Assembly: GCF_001194135.2 (NCBI RefSeq)
Contig: NC_068992.1
Span: forward strand, 1,556,561 to 1,620,560
Source: Octopus bimaculoides
Lineage: Eukaryota
Direction: 5' to 3'
Length of the DNA stretch: 64,000 bases
Under the pieces are notes generated by a model. That model had not been told where the DNA came from. It saw only the letters and a program-made list of their open reading frames with translations, and did not search any database. The position numbers and the translations under genes are program-made. Shown here one piece after another: positions 13,631 through 25,228 of the stretch (the first letter of the stretch is position 1; each line of letters opens with the position of its first letter).

Positions 13631-13680
13631 ATAAAGGCGACTCGAGTTTCAGGGCTATTTCCCTTCGTCATGGCCGGTAT
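13631..13680 (-). ncRNA. Minimal type I hammerhead ribozyme-like motif with one extra nucleotide in the core
   Basis: Minus strand reads ATACCGGC-C(A)TGACGA-AGGG aaatag CCCT-GAAA-CTCGAG-TC-GCCTTTAT. Stem I pairs 6 of 8, stem II has 4 bp, stem III is the palindrome ACTCGAGT, and the cleavage triplet is GUC. Confidence 0.6.
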
Positions 13681-13799
13681 GACAGACTTTAACAGACTGT
13701 AATAAGTTGGCTGGTTTTCTGTCTTTTATACCAATTCCTTTGGACAGCAGCAGTAGGCGTTTGGCTATTTTTAGAATTGATTGACATTTTACAACGTAT

Positions 13800-15300
13800 G
13801 CGATTAGACTTGCACACTTGTGACGCAAAATGTTTATACGGGTGATGTAAGTATTATATGAAATGCAGATTTAAATTGGCTTATGTGGAAAGTTAATACA
13901 CGCAGCGATACGGATTGAATAACTAAGTGCAAATTAAAGGATGTAATCTGGAAATCTGTTAGCGATCTCGTAATTAAATCTAAAACTGAAAGTATAAGAG
14001 GAGCATTTTCAGAACTGGAGAAAAATATAGCCTGTTTGTCGCTGAAGCCAATGAAAATGATAACTAAGAGTATAGGAGAGGAATTAGTTTTTAGTTAGCA
14101 GGAGGTTAAAGTGTATATTAATGCTATGTCAGATAAATGCATCATAATACGGACAGATACAAGTGCAAGAAAGTGTGTAAATATTCGTAAAAAAACATTA
14201 AATATTGTTATTAGCAAATGAATTATGGTTAGGAGACCCCTATAACTTTAAAATTAATAGCACTTAGAAAGTAGTATCTGACAGTATGAATGTTTTATTA
14301 AGGAAATTAATACCAGAGGTGGAAAAGATGAGTGGCTTTCGCGTAGAAGATGCCAAATTTATACCGATTATCTTTTTTCAAGGGAGGGGTTTTCCGAAAT
14401 TGCATGAGACTCCCTACACATGCAGATTTATTGCGGATGCAAGAAAGTGTATACGTAAACAACTATCTATATTACTTTATGATGCGTTAAATATTCTTAG
14501 ATGAGATTTTATTATATGATGCAAAGGACTTCCTATATAATTCGGCGGTTATCTTATTCTGGAATATCAATTCATTCCGGTAATGAAAGTTTATGGAAGC
14601 TCCAAAGGATTGAAGTATTTTTGATTATATTTATGTATGTTTCTCTACACTGCACACTAATCTTTATTACTAAAGTGTAGAAGACCCTTATTGATATCAT
14701 GTTTAATAGATGTTATATATCTCCATAAATAAGACCGAAGGTTGTTACTTTATCCTAATCTAGGTTTTCTGTTATTCTAGTGTAGGTTTTACTTGTTTAA
14801 ATAAAAGTAGATTAGTGATGATAAGATTTATCCCTAAGAAAACATGTATAGCTTAAACGGAGAGGATATTTAAATAAATTAAGTATTTTCCGGAAGGCGT
14901 TAAGTGTATCCTTTCATTAGCAGCGATAGATTTATCGTCATGTCAATACACTTGTCTTAATGATTTATACCAAAGGAAAAACATAATTTTAGTCAAACAA
15001 CATACTGGTGGCTGCAGAGATATCAATGACATCTTTATTTAGAATACGTGTTTAGGAAAATATATCCGGAGGATCTCGAAGCAAGTGGCAAGGACGATCC
15101 AGTAAATAAGGTTAACTATTCAGATGTTATGCAACCCTGTGCTGTTAAAAGGTTGCGACAAGTATTTGTAATAAATCTGAGAACATTAAATTTGTATTGC
15201 ATCGTTGTTCTGGTCACTTAATGATATTCCGTTAAGTGTTGGGCATAACGTGTTTTACAATCAAGTTATTTTAAACGGTGGGACTATAAATAAGGTGGGT
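13800..15300 (+). mobile_element. Decayed Penelope-like element reverse transcriptase, Naiad/Chlamys-like
   Basis: Motifs occur in the expected order across frameshifts: VYTGDVSII*NADL, SDKCIIIRTDTSARKCVNIRKK, LLANELWLG, FPKLHETPYTCRFIADARKCIRKQLSILL, FSTLHTNL, PEGVKCILSLAAIDL (cf. PMG.NCAP..ADL), CRDINDI (cf. RYIDDI), KIYPEDL and NDIPLSVGHNVFYNQVI. The sub-clade assignment rests on recalled motif style and is less certain than the PLE call. Confidence 0.8.
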
Positions 15301-16381
15301 GTAATAATGTAAAGACAAAATGTTAATGACGCATATGAAAAAACACGATTACATTAGGAAAAAATGTTAGTTAAAGCGTTTTAGCTGTAGCTTGGGGAGA
15401 CAGTGAAATTCGGAACACATTTGGAGCAATGTCATGTTTTTAAATTAGTATCGATCTATAGAATGATTACTTTAAATCAACCCTAAATTTAATATCCTTG
15501 TAATACAGTGTGCGGGTATGTTGTATATTCTTGTACACGTCATCACTTCCATAGGAGAGTAATTCTGGATTTTCGCTCTTAGATTACAAACGGTCTTCTG
15601 GTGGTAAGCAGGAATTAAGAGAAGAGATAAGTATTGCTTTCTTAGCTTTCTATGGAACGCATGTTTATTCATTTGTTTTATGTCGTCGTATTTTAATGAT
15701 ATTAGCAAGTATTTTATTTACGATTTATGTCATTTGGTCAATTTTATATTATTTTTATGCTTGTTTTTAGAAGAATTTTTTTTTTTCAAGAACAAAAGGT
15801 ATATATTTAATAGATACGGGTTTGTATTGGTTCATTACCACGCTGTGTTGTTTTAAGTCAATTGAAGCCTCATAGTTAAAATGGAGTCTAACTCCGTTAG
15901 TTTACGCTTCGTTCATTGTAAATATGTTGTATTTTGCTTAGTTTCAAGAATGATTTATCGGTTGTTAGTTAGTGATGTCTGTCAGTTTAATTACTCTCAA
16001 CGTTTACAGTTCTAGGTTGATTATTTTTAGGCCATTAATGTTTTCTCTTTCGCAGCGGGTGTATTCAACTAAGTTCAATAAATTATGTTAAATATGTTTA
16101 GCTCATTGTCGCTGAAAAACGTTTTATGATATAAAGTTCTGTAATACTTGTTGTATAAATATCAACTTGGAGGAGTTTTCTGTATTTTTTTTTTGTGTAC
16201 TTCGTAACTATATTTATGTGACGTATTATTTTTGAGATGTGACGTTAGTATTGATGTTTTGTAAGAATAAGCAAATGAAACCGTAATAGATACATTGGGC
16301 TAATATTTGACCTCTTATACACATACATTATCTTATCTATTAATTCCTACCCAGTGTTTATGCTTTTGAATCTGTCAGCAA

Positions 16382-16433
16382 TGTCGGTTTGAAAGATGCT
16401 GCCCGGGTATCGAAACCTACATGGTATCCTACA
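16382..16433 (+). ncRNA. Degenerate type I hammerhead-like fold
   Basis: Reads TGTCGG-T-TTGAAA-GATGC tgcccgg GTATC-GAAA-CC tacat GG-TA-T-CCTACA. Stem II pairs 5 of 5, stem III has 3 bp, the triplet is GUA, and stem I pairs 5 of 7. The 5' core is TTGAAA instead of CTGANGA. Confidence 0.3.
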
Positions 16434-16732
16434 GACAGCTGAAAACGTTTGTATACGCTTGCCGTTCTTTATTTGTGTTGTGTTTTTGCCTGGGAATAAT
16501 TCCTTGTGTTTCTATGGTTCTAAGTTATCCTTCATTGAAATCCCATTTCGGGTATTAATTGTTGATGGGCAATTCTTCGTTTCCACGTTTATGATGCATG
16601 TGTATATATATTACACAATGTATTCGTACTGCATGATTTTCGTTTATTGCTATTCTGGTACCTTTTGGGTTATGCCTTTTAGCATGTTGGCAGATAACGG
16701 CTGTTTCCCTGCTCACATAAAGTACAATGTGT

Positions 16733-16990
16733 GAAGGCACGTGACTTAGTTGTATTCGACTTATGATCGAAAGGTCATGCTTTCGAGATCCGGTGGTGCG
16801 TTATGTCCTAGAGAAAGATAATTTATTTCATGTTCCTTGAGTTAACGTAGCGGACAAAAATGTGCTGTACCTGTATTTCTGAGGCCCAGCTTTCTCCCAT
16901 TCACGGTCACACTGAATCTCCCTTAATACTACATTAAAGGTAACCGTTTGTGTGGAGTGCTTAGCCACTTGAACGTTAATTTCATCCATT
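16733..16990 (+). mobile_element. tRNA-derived SINE (family C), decayed
   Basis: Head GAAGGCACGTGACTTAGTTGTATTCGAC...; central GTGGTGCGTTATGTCCTAGAGAAAGATAATTTATTTCA; 3' GTGTGGAGTGCTTAGCCACTTGAACGTTAATTTCA. Homologous to the minus-strand copies at 55571 and 56932. Confidence 0.65.
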
Positions 16991-17540
16991 ACTTGTATCA
17001 ACTGTAAGCAACGGACTGCCAGATTTTAATTCATAAACACAATTGAGTGTATGTGCGTATCTGCATATGAGTATATATGAGCATTAAGGCCAGTTTGCCG
17101 TTTCCTTGGTGTGAATATTTCCCAATTGGACGGGAAAGCTCTCTTAAGTATTTATATAAGGGTATCTTCTTCAGGGATAAATCAGAAACGACACTGAAAG
17201 ATCGATGAGTTTTACTTCAGTTGTGCACTATTTGTTTTTTTTATTGGTACTATCATTATCATTAGCGAAAATTCACTATATTGTTTAATCCGTAAAAAAA
17301 ATGAAGCCATACGTGTTTTCAGTTATTTACAGTGGTGTATATANNNNNNNNNNNNNNNNNNNNNNNNNNNNNNNNNNNNNNNNNNNNNNNNNNNNNNNNN
17401 NNNNNNNNNNNNNNNNNNNNNNNNNNNNNNNNNNNNNNNNNNNNNNNNNNNNNNNNNNNNNNNNNNNNNNNNNNNNNNNNNNNNNNNNNNNNNNNNNNNN
17501 NNNNNNNNNNNNNNNNNNNNNNNNNNNNNNNNNNNNNNNN

Positions 17541-17574
<34 letters not shown>

Positions 17575-18389
17575 CATATATATACGTGTGTGTATGTGGA
17601 CCTATCTATATACTTAGATTATATATGTGTACTTATATATGTACACACAAATTTGTCAAAATCATACACACACTCATATACACACATATGCATTTGCTTG
17701 ATTGCATGAATCTCCTCAGTGTCACATTTGAATCTTGAAACATTTATTGACCAACAAAGATATTTGATTACACACTCAAAATGCTTATTTTGGCTTCATC
17801 CATTGTAGCTATTGTCTTCAATAAAATCACTTAGAATATAGCCGAAAGCTAATACGTATTCAGATGAAGAGATTGTTAAAATTAAGCTTAAATAATACAC
17901 CGCAGCCGGTTAATCACTATGTTGAAGCAAGACTACGTTTTTATTTAGTAAAGTTAGCCATCATAATTTGAAGTACATTCTCGTTGGGGAAAATGGAACG
18001 TTCACATAATATTAAATGCTAACATAATAGGAAATGCAGGTTTCTTCTATTCATCAGTTACATAAATCTTCTACTAAGTCGATGATTGCCAAAGATAAGA
18101 TTTGTAATGCACTTGACATCAAATAAAATAGTCGTCAACAAAACCAGCAACGTCGGTGATTGTCCGCCAAAGATCTTCATCATTTATTATTGTCTAATAA
18201 TATATGAACTCCAAGAGCAATATGCGGTCCGTTTGGCTGCAAATATGATACAGTCAGTTTATCCGCACACTGATGATGCAGGAGGGAACAAGATGATTTG
18301 TCATAAAGATTCATATATGTGCGTGTGTGTATGTATGTATGGTTATATATATATATATGTAGGTATATATATATATATATCGTTATCCC

Positions 18390-18560
18390 TTTTCCTTGTT
18401 TTAGTCACTAGGCCGCGGCCATGCTGTCGCGCTGCTTGAAAGTTTTTAGTCGAAGAAATCAACCTCTGTACTTAAGTTGTCTACGAAGCATGCTCCTTAT
18501 CGAACCGGATAAGCCCAAATATATAGAGCGTAAACAATCTAACACCGATGGTCCAGGTGA
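18390..18560 (-). mobile_element. Decayed 3' half of SINE family A
   Basis: Reverse complement ...CAGCATGGCCGCGGCCTAGTGACTAAAACAAGG matches the tail at 6655-6690, and ATCGGTGTTAGATTGTTTACG matches the 6530-6555 region. Confidence 0.55.
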
Positions 18561-18671
18561 ACCACGTGACTGCAAATAATCTTTGTCCCACACAGCAATA
18601 CATCCATCCATCCATCCATACATGCATGCATGTAAGTATATATGTATATGTATGTATATGTATATATATAT

Positions 18672-19027
18672 ATTTATTTATTTTATTTATTTATGGGTTT
18701 CAGCCAAGTGGGTGCGGTCATGCTGGAGCACCACCGTGATTTTCTGTCTTTATGCTGTGCACTCTTCACGTTCCTTGCATGGCTCTTCTCCCCCACCTGA
18801 TATGGTCCAATCAAAAGTTTTGATGGCACATCTGGTGTATAAGAGAATTTGACATCGCTGCCCTAAACTGCGTCTCATTTCGAGCCATTGGTTCGTCTGG
18901 TATCGTGGAGAGGAAAGCGTCGAGTTTTGTCTTGAAGACCTCCGCATCCATGTCTTGCAGGTCTCTCAAATGTTTTGGCAGGGCATTGAAGAGCTGAGGT
19001 CCTCTGAAACCGAGGCTGCTGCAGTAT
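18672..19027 (-). mobile_element. 5'-truncated 3' end of a CR1/L2-group LINE (ORF2 C-terminus, 3' UTR, (ATAA)-like tail)
   Basis: An uninterrupted minus-strand frame absent from the ORF track (no Met) reads SHIRTRYCSSLGFRGPQLFNALPKHLRDLQDMDAEVFKTKLDAFLSTIPDEPMARNETQFRAAMSNSLIHQMCHQNF*, with the stop at 18811-18813. It matches the GP.LFN.LP...FK..LD..L..IPD.P...SNSL terminus. Confidence 0.82.
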
Positions 19028-19055
19028 CTCGTTCTTATGTGAGATGCAGTGTGTG

Positions 19056-19553
19056 TATATATACATATATCACTATATGTTCCTCATCATGGGCATACAC
19101 ACGTATGCGCATAAGCCTAGAACTCGTCCGATAAATCACATCATGTGTTCGTTCATCAACATTCGCCACGAGAGCGCAAGATTTATCAATTGTGACGCAC
19201 GTGCAGNNNNNNNNNNNNNNNNNNNNNNNNNNNNNNNNNNNNNNNNNNNNNNNNNNNNNNNNNNNNNNNNNNNNNNNNNNNNNNNNNNNNNNNNNNNNNN
19301 NNNNNNNNNNNNNNNNNNNNNNNNNNNNNNNNNNNNNNNNNNNNNNNNNNNNNNNNNNNNNNNNNNNNNNNNNNNNNNNNNNNNNNNNNATATATATATA
19401 TATATATATACATATATCACTATATGTTCCTCATCATGGGCATACACACGTATGCGCATAAGCCTAGAACTCGTCCGATAAATCACATCATGTGTTCGTT
19501 CATCAACATTCGCCACGAGAGCGCAAGATTTATCAATTGTGACGCACGTGCAG
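19056..19553. repeat. Identical copies of about 150 bp (19056-19206 and about 19404-19553) on either side of an N-gap; probable assembly artefact
   Basis: The copies are identical as read and directly abut gap 19207-19389. Confidence 0.8.
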
Positions 19554-19757
19554 TCAACTGGATGACATTATATTGACGATCATATTTCAATATGGCGTGA
19601 AATCCTTAGCTTCTTCATATATTTATTAGTTTCCCTTTCTATTCCACATGTGCACGGAAGAAATATTAGCGTTATTCCTTGATCGGATATGAAAATGCCT
19701 GATAATTCAATTTTTAGATTACTCATCTTAAATACGAACATACATATATATTTTTTT

Positions 19758-19821
<64 letters not shown>

Positions 19822-20711
19822 ACACACACACATACTGTAAAACACGTATGAAGATACATTACCTCTGGCTAAGTAGTTGTCAAACAATTCTTGTTATTTA
19901 CATTGATGTCTACCTGAATTACTCAAATGTGTTCACCGAAAATTTCCAGAAACCATTTAGGATATCTTCCATAAAGAATAAAAAGATTAGGTATTATTCT
20001 CGTCAAGATTGAAATGGAAAAGGATATAATAAGCAGGAATGCTTTTTTCAGCATTTGTTCCTTTTGAACACATGATTTGAACTCCAATACGATCTGTTGT
20101 ATAAGTGTTGACGCGATACCTTTAAGTACTGTTAAGTGAACCTTTATGTTCTCTTGGGCGAGGCTCTTTATACTGAGATACATTACGCCGCTATCAAGCT
20201 GTTCAATGAAGGCTTTGTCAGCTAAATAGAATTCACTATTCGTTTGATTTGAGCAATTATTGCATTTAAGTGGTGGGTGTCTATGCACCGATACATATTT
20301 AACAATGAAAGAAACGGCAACTAATTCAAGATACATACTTTTATCGAAAGCCATAAGCATACGGCAAACGATAAGTCAAGTTATATAAGCAAAATGCTTG
20401 CACACACACGTGCACACACATACGCATACACACGCGTGCACAACACACACAGACTCTCTCACACACACACACACACACGCACACAAAAACACACACACAC
20501 ACACAATGACGGGTAAACAATGGCACATAAACCTACTTTGAAACGTAAGAACATTATACATGTGCCTATGGAAATATACATAAACATATGTAACGCGAAA
20601 GATAGAGAAAAAATGAAAAAGAAATGGAGACAAACGCAAATATACCTATTCATAATATACACAATAGGCACACATACATGCACGCACACGTACACACACA
20701 CACTCACATGT

Positions 20712-20758
<47 letters not shown>

Positions 20759-21115
20759 CACGAGTTTCTGTATGAATGTGTGTGCGTGTGTGTGGATGTC
20801 ATTACACAAATGATATTAAATAAACATAGAATCATGTATGTTAGTATTTCGTATTAAAAGGAATATGTAACACAGTAGATATTCTGTAATAACGTTGTTC
20901 CTTTGCCTGTGAATTTGTGTGCGTGTAGGTCTGCATCAATATGAGTGTGTGTATGTATTTGATTGCGTGTGTGAGTGTGTGGGAGTGCACACGTGCACGT
21001 TTCCAGCGCCATCATACTTGGATGTTATACGGCATAAGTTATGCAATACAACTCAGACATTTTCCAACAGGTGATAACTCACGGATACTTCCAGATTATT
21101 TATGGGCCTCAGTAT

Positions 21116-21182
<67 letters not shown>

Positions 21183-22128
21183 NNNNNNNNNNNNNNNNNN
21201 NNNNNNNNNNNNNNNNNNNNNNNNNNNNNNNNNNNNNNNNNNNNNNNNNNNNNNNNNNNNNNNNNNNNNNNNNNNNNNNNNNNNNNNNNNNNNNNNNNNN
21301 NNNNNNNNNNNNNNNNNNNNNNNNNNNNNNNNNNNNNNNNNNNNNNNNNNNNNNNNNNNNNNNNNNNNNNNNNNNNNNNNNNNNNNNNNNNNNNNNNNNN
21401 NNNNNNNNNNNNNNNNNNNNNNNNNNNNNNNNNNNNNNNNNNNNNNNNNNNNNNNNNNNNNNNNNNNNNNNNNNNNNNNNNNNNNNNNNNNNNTATATAT
21501 ATATTTATATATATATGTATATGTATGTATGTATTTATATATAGAGAGAGACAGATACGTATACACACATACCTGCTTACACACACACCTTCTTACACAC
21601 ACTCGGCTTTGCACACATAACGACAGATAAACAGACATATTGACATAAAACATGTATGAATATAATACCCTTGCGTGAATTGTGTGTTTCGAAAGGTGTA
21701 TATGTATCTCTTTCTCTCTCTGCGTATGTATATTTGCATAAATACACTAATAACAAGCATTAAGCATATCTGTGTCAAAAAAATGAGGGGAAAATTGCGT
21801 GGATGTTTTCTACATGAATGACTGGATGTATCGGAATATATTTGAAGCGTTACAGAAATAAAGAATGACTATAAAATATCCATTGCGTATGATGTATTTT
21901 ATTGTTCACTTTCATCGCGAAACCATGTGAAGGCAAGGTTACTCTGCGGAATAATTTCGTGTAGTAATTCTTCTAACATCCGTTCAATGTAAAATGTATG
22001 AAATAATCCATAATGAAACTGTGCCGGGTTACCAGCGAGCGTGCTATTGTGCATATTTTAGTGTATTAACTATATTTATGCTCAGGTATACATAGACTCA
22101 TAGCTATATATATATATGTATGTGTGTG

Positions 22129-22175
<47 letters not shown>

Positions 22176-23159
22176 TCATGCATATATATGTATATATATA
22201 TGCATGTATTTATATGCGTGTATGCATTTATATGCATACATACATACATATGTGTATATGTATATATATATATGTACGTGTGTGTGTGTGTGTTTACGTT
22301 GTATATGACTGATCATTGTTTGAAGTATGTAACATATAATATCTATGTGTAGAGTTTATTATTCTAGTGAAACGTTTCCATGTCCAATCATACTTCTTAG
22401 TTTACTTACACGTAAAGGGCTGTCAGATAGCAGGAGATATTATGTTCATAGCAATCGCAGACACTTCCAAACAAGTGACGATCACGAATTTCTATGTCGT
22501 TTAAATAGCTTATAAGTCGACGCCGCTGGCGATAAATTACGATAGAGGACTACTGGCGCAGAAATGATCGGGCGTACGGCAAAGTGTACAGATGTAGGGG
22601 AGCATTATCAGAGTACTGTAATATTATTCGATTTCATAGGAGCTAACAGACATTGAATAGACTGAGAAGAAAAGGGTACACTTCTTGCCTGGGAATCAAA
22701 ATGCAACTCGGTGCGAAATGTTTGACTTTGCTTGAGTACAGAGCAGCGTTTTCTGTCGGCAGTAGATAGGGTATACTCTTTAATTAAGTTAACAGTCCCA
22801 TAAAATCTTATTAACCTTCATTATAGAAAGGCTACGATGATAATGCTCTAACGTTCCAATTTTACTTGACTCAAGAGCAAATTCGGTATAAACATCAGTA
22901 ACAGCAATAAAATATGACAAGCGATCCAATTGTTCGATGAATACATAAGAAGCATTTCAATCGATCTGTTAGCATATTCAATTGTAATCAGTTTTCTATA
23001 TAATCTTGCATCTCTATCCCTTTTTGAGGGCCAGCTTAACCCCATATATCCAGGACATATATTGCTATTAATAATACAGACTTCTAAAGGAAACGTTTGT
23101 TAATAAAAAATAAGAGCAACTTCAGTAATGATGATGATAAAAATACCAACAGCTACTAT

Positions 23160-23177
23160 GATGATGATGATGATGAT

Positions 23178-23249
<72 letters not shown>
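23160..23249. repeat. (GAT)n followed by (AAT)n microsatellite
   Basis: Directly visible; it immediately precedes the R4/Dong fragment. Confidence 0.97.
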
Positions 23250-23250
<1 letters not shown>

Positions 23251-23820
23251 GGCTACTAGCCCAGAAAGAATATAACATACGCCATGACAATATAGCAAGG
23301 ATTGTGCATTGGACACTTTGCAACAAGTATAGACTTGACAGAGTAAAACAGTGGTACGATGTTAAACCCGAAGGTATCATTGAAATTGATAAGGCAAAGA
23401 TCCTATGGGATTTTATGATTCAGTGCGACCGTGAGATAGAGAATAGGAAGCCAGACAGTATTAATTGAGAAAGAAAGCAAAGGATGCTGGATCATAGATA
23501 TAGCATGCCCTGCTGACAGGTTATGCGATAAGGAAGAAACAAAGGTCGATAGATATGACAAGTTAGCTTGGGAAGTTAAGCAGTTGTGGTCAAGGAAAAA
23601 GGTAGCAGTAGTACCAATGATTGGTGGAGCCTTGGGAACAGTGACCAAAAATCTCGAGAAGTACGTGAGAAAACAGCACTGATTGGAATCACTCGAATAC
23701 TCCGGGAGGTGAAGATAAGAGGTGTTACCTTAGTTCAACGGAAGTGAACAGCTGACACCGTAGTACATCTCTAGCGTTAGAAGTTGTGCAAAGGCAATGA
23801 TAAGAATAATAATGATAATA
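23250..23820 (+). mobile_element. 5'-truncated R4/Dong-type retrotransposon (RLE domain and 3' end) flanked on both sides by AAT repeats
   Basis: GLLAQKEYNIRHDNIARIVHWTLCNKYRLDRVKQWYDVKPEGIIEIDKAKILWDFMIQCDREIENRKPD, then after a frameshift CWIIDIACPADRLCDKEETKVDRYDKLAWEVKQLWSRKKVAVVPMIGGALGTVTKNLEKYV and KTALIGITRILREV. The tail AATGATAAGAATAATAATGATAATA is at 23796-23820. Confidence 0.92.
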
Positions 23821-24919
23821 CAGGCAGTGGCTCTCATGGCTTCTGATATTAAATGTTTGGAAGTGTTATCATGTACATTGTTTTGTCTTGGTATAAAAGA
23901 TGGGCTACAGCAAATATTCTGCTCAATACCACAGATTAGCTTATCAGTTGTTTGACCTTAACCAGTTGAACATGTCCCTTAGTGGTTGACGATATGTACA
24001 TCGCATCTCTGATCATGAGCAGTAGCCATGTGTTGAGAGGAATTCTTTGTGGTGGACCTTTTTATCGAAGTTTGCTTCCAGCACTCGTATCTTTGACAGA
24101 ATTGCTGCGCTGGGACAGAGGCCGAAAGAGAGTGCTTGGTGTTGGGAATGCCATCAAGCTATCAAAATATGAAATACTAACAGGATGGTATGACAAAATG
24201 ATCACTGCGAAATATAAACTAAATGCGAAGAATATGCTTCCGGTGAACATCTAATTTATTATTCGTTTCTAAATCACTCTCTAACAAAATAGACATTGAT
24301 TTCTTGCACTCTGCACTCCTTCCTAAATATCTGCATCCATATTTCTCCTAATATACCAAGGCAATCACTTCGTCTTATCCTTATTTGTTTCTCTGTATAT
24401 TTAAGATATTTCTTATATAAGACTTGTTTATGTGTACATTCACCTCTAAGATACATATCATTTCCGTTGTGATATGTTGTATGTATAAATTCAATGAAAA
24501 TTTAGTATTTGAAACTAATATTTAATAGTAAATATACATTTGCTTCAACATATTTACATGTTGTAATGCAGTGGTCGTAAGAGGCATTCCGATCTAATAA
24601 TACGCACAAAGTATAGCATATTATGTAAGAAAGAAATTAACCAAACTTTGTGTGTTTGTTTTTGAGTAATACGTCTATGAAACTAATGAATTCCTTGCGG
24701 TAGCACAGCGCAAGCTGAAAATAACCATATTTCTTGCGAAAACAATTTTTCTGTGTACGAAGAGAATAACAAAGCACACACACAAATACATAAAACATAT
24801 ACATACATAGATACACACAGATACATACACGCATATAATGTGCATATGTTATTTGGAATATGTTCAAATATTTATGTCTGAATGTGTTGTATAATATTTA
24901 ACACCGAGAGGAAGACAGT

Positions 24920-24953
<34 letters not shown>

Positions 24954-25182
24954 TATACAGATAAACCAAGAGATAGTCAAACAGACAGACACGCAGACAG
25001 ATAGACATACAGACATACATTCATATATATATATATATATAAATATATATATNNNNNNNNNNNNNNNNNNNNNNNNNNNNNNNNNNNNNNNNNNNNNNNN
25101 NNNNNNNNNNNNNNNNNNNNNNNNNNNNNNNNNNNNNNNNNNNNNNNNNNNNNNNNNNNNNNNNNNNNNNNNNNNNNNNNNN

Positions 25183-25228
<46 letters not shown>

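Noticed and set aside
19056-19553. Apparent tandem duplication
   Set aside because: Identical copies abutting a scaffold gap are most simply overlapping contig ends, not biology.
22540-22720. Possible CR1 RT remnant (VILFDF…KGTLLAW)
   Set aside because: Too few matching residues to support.
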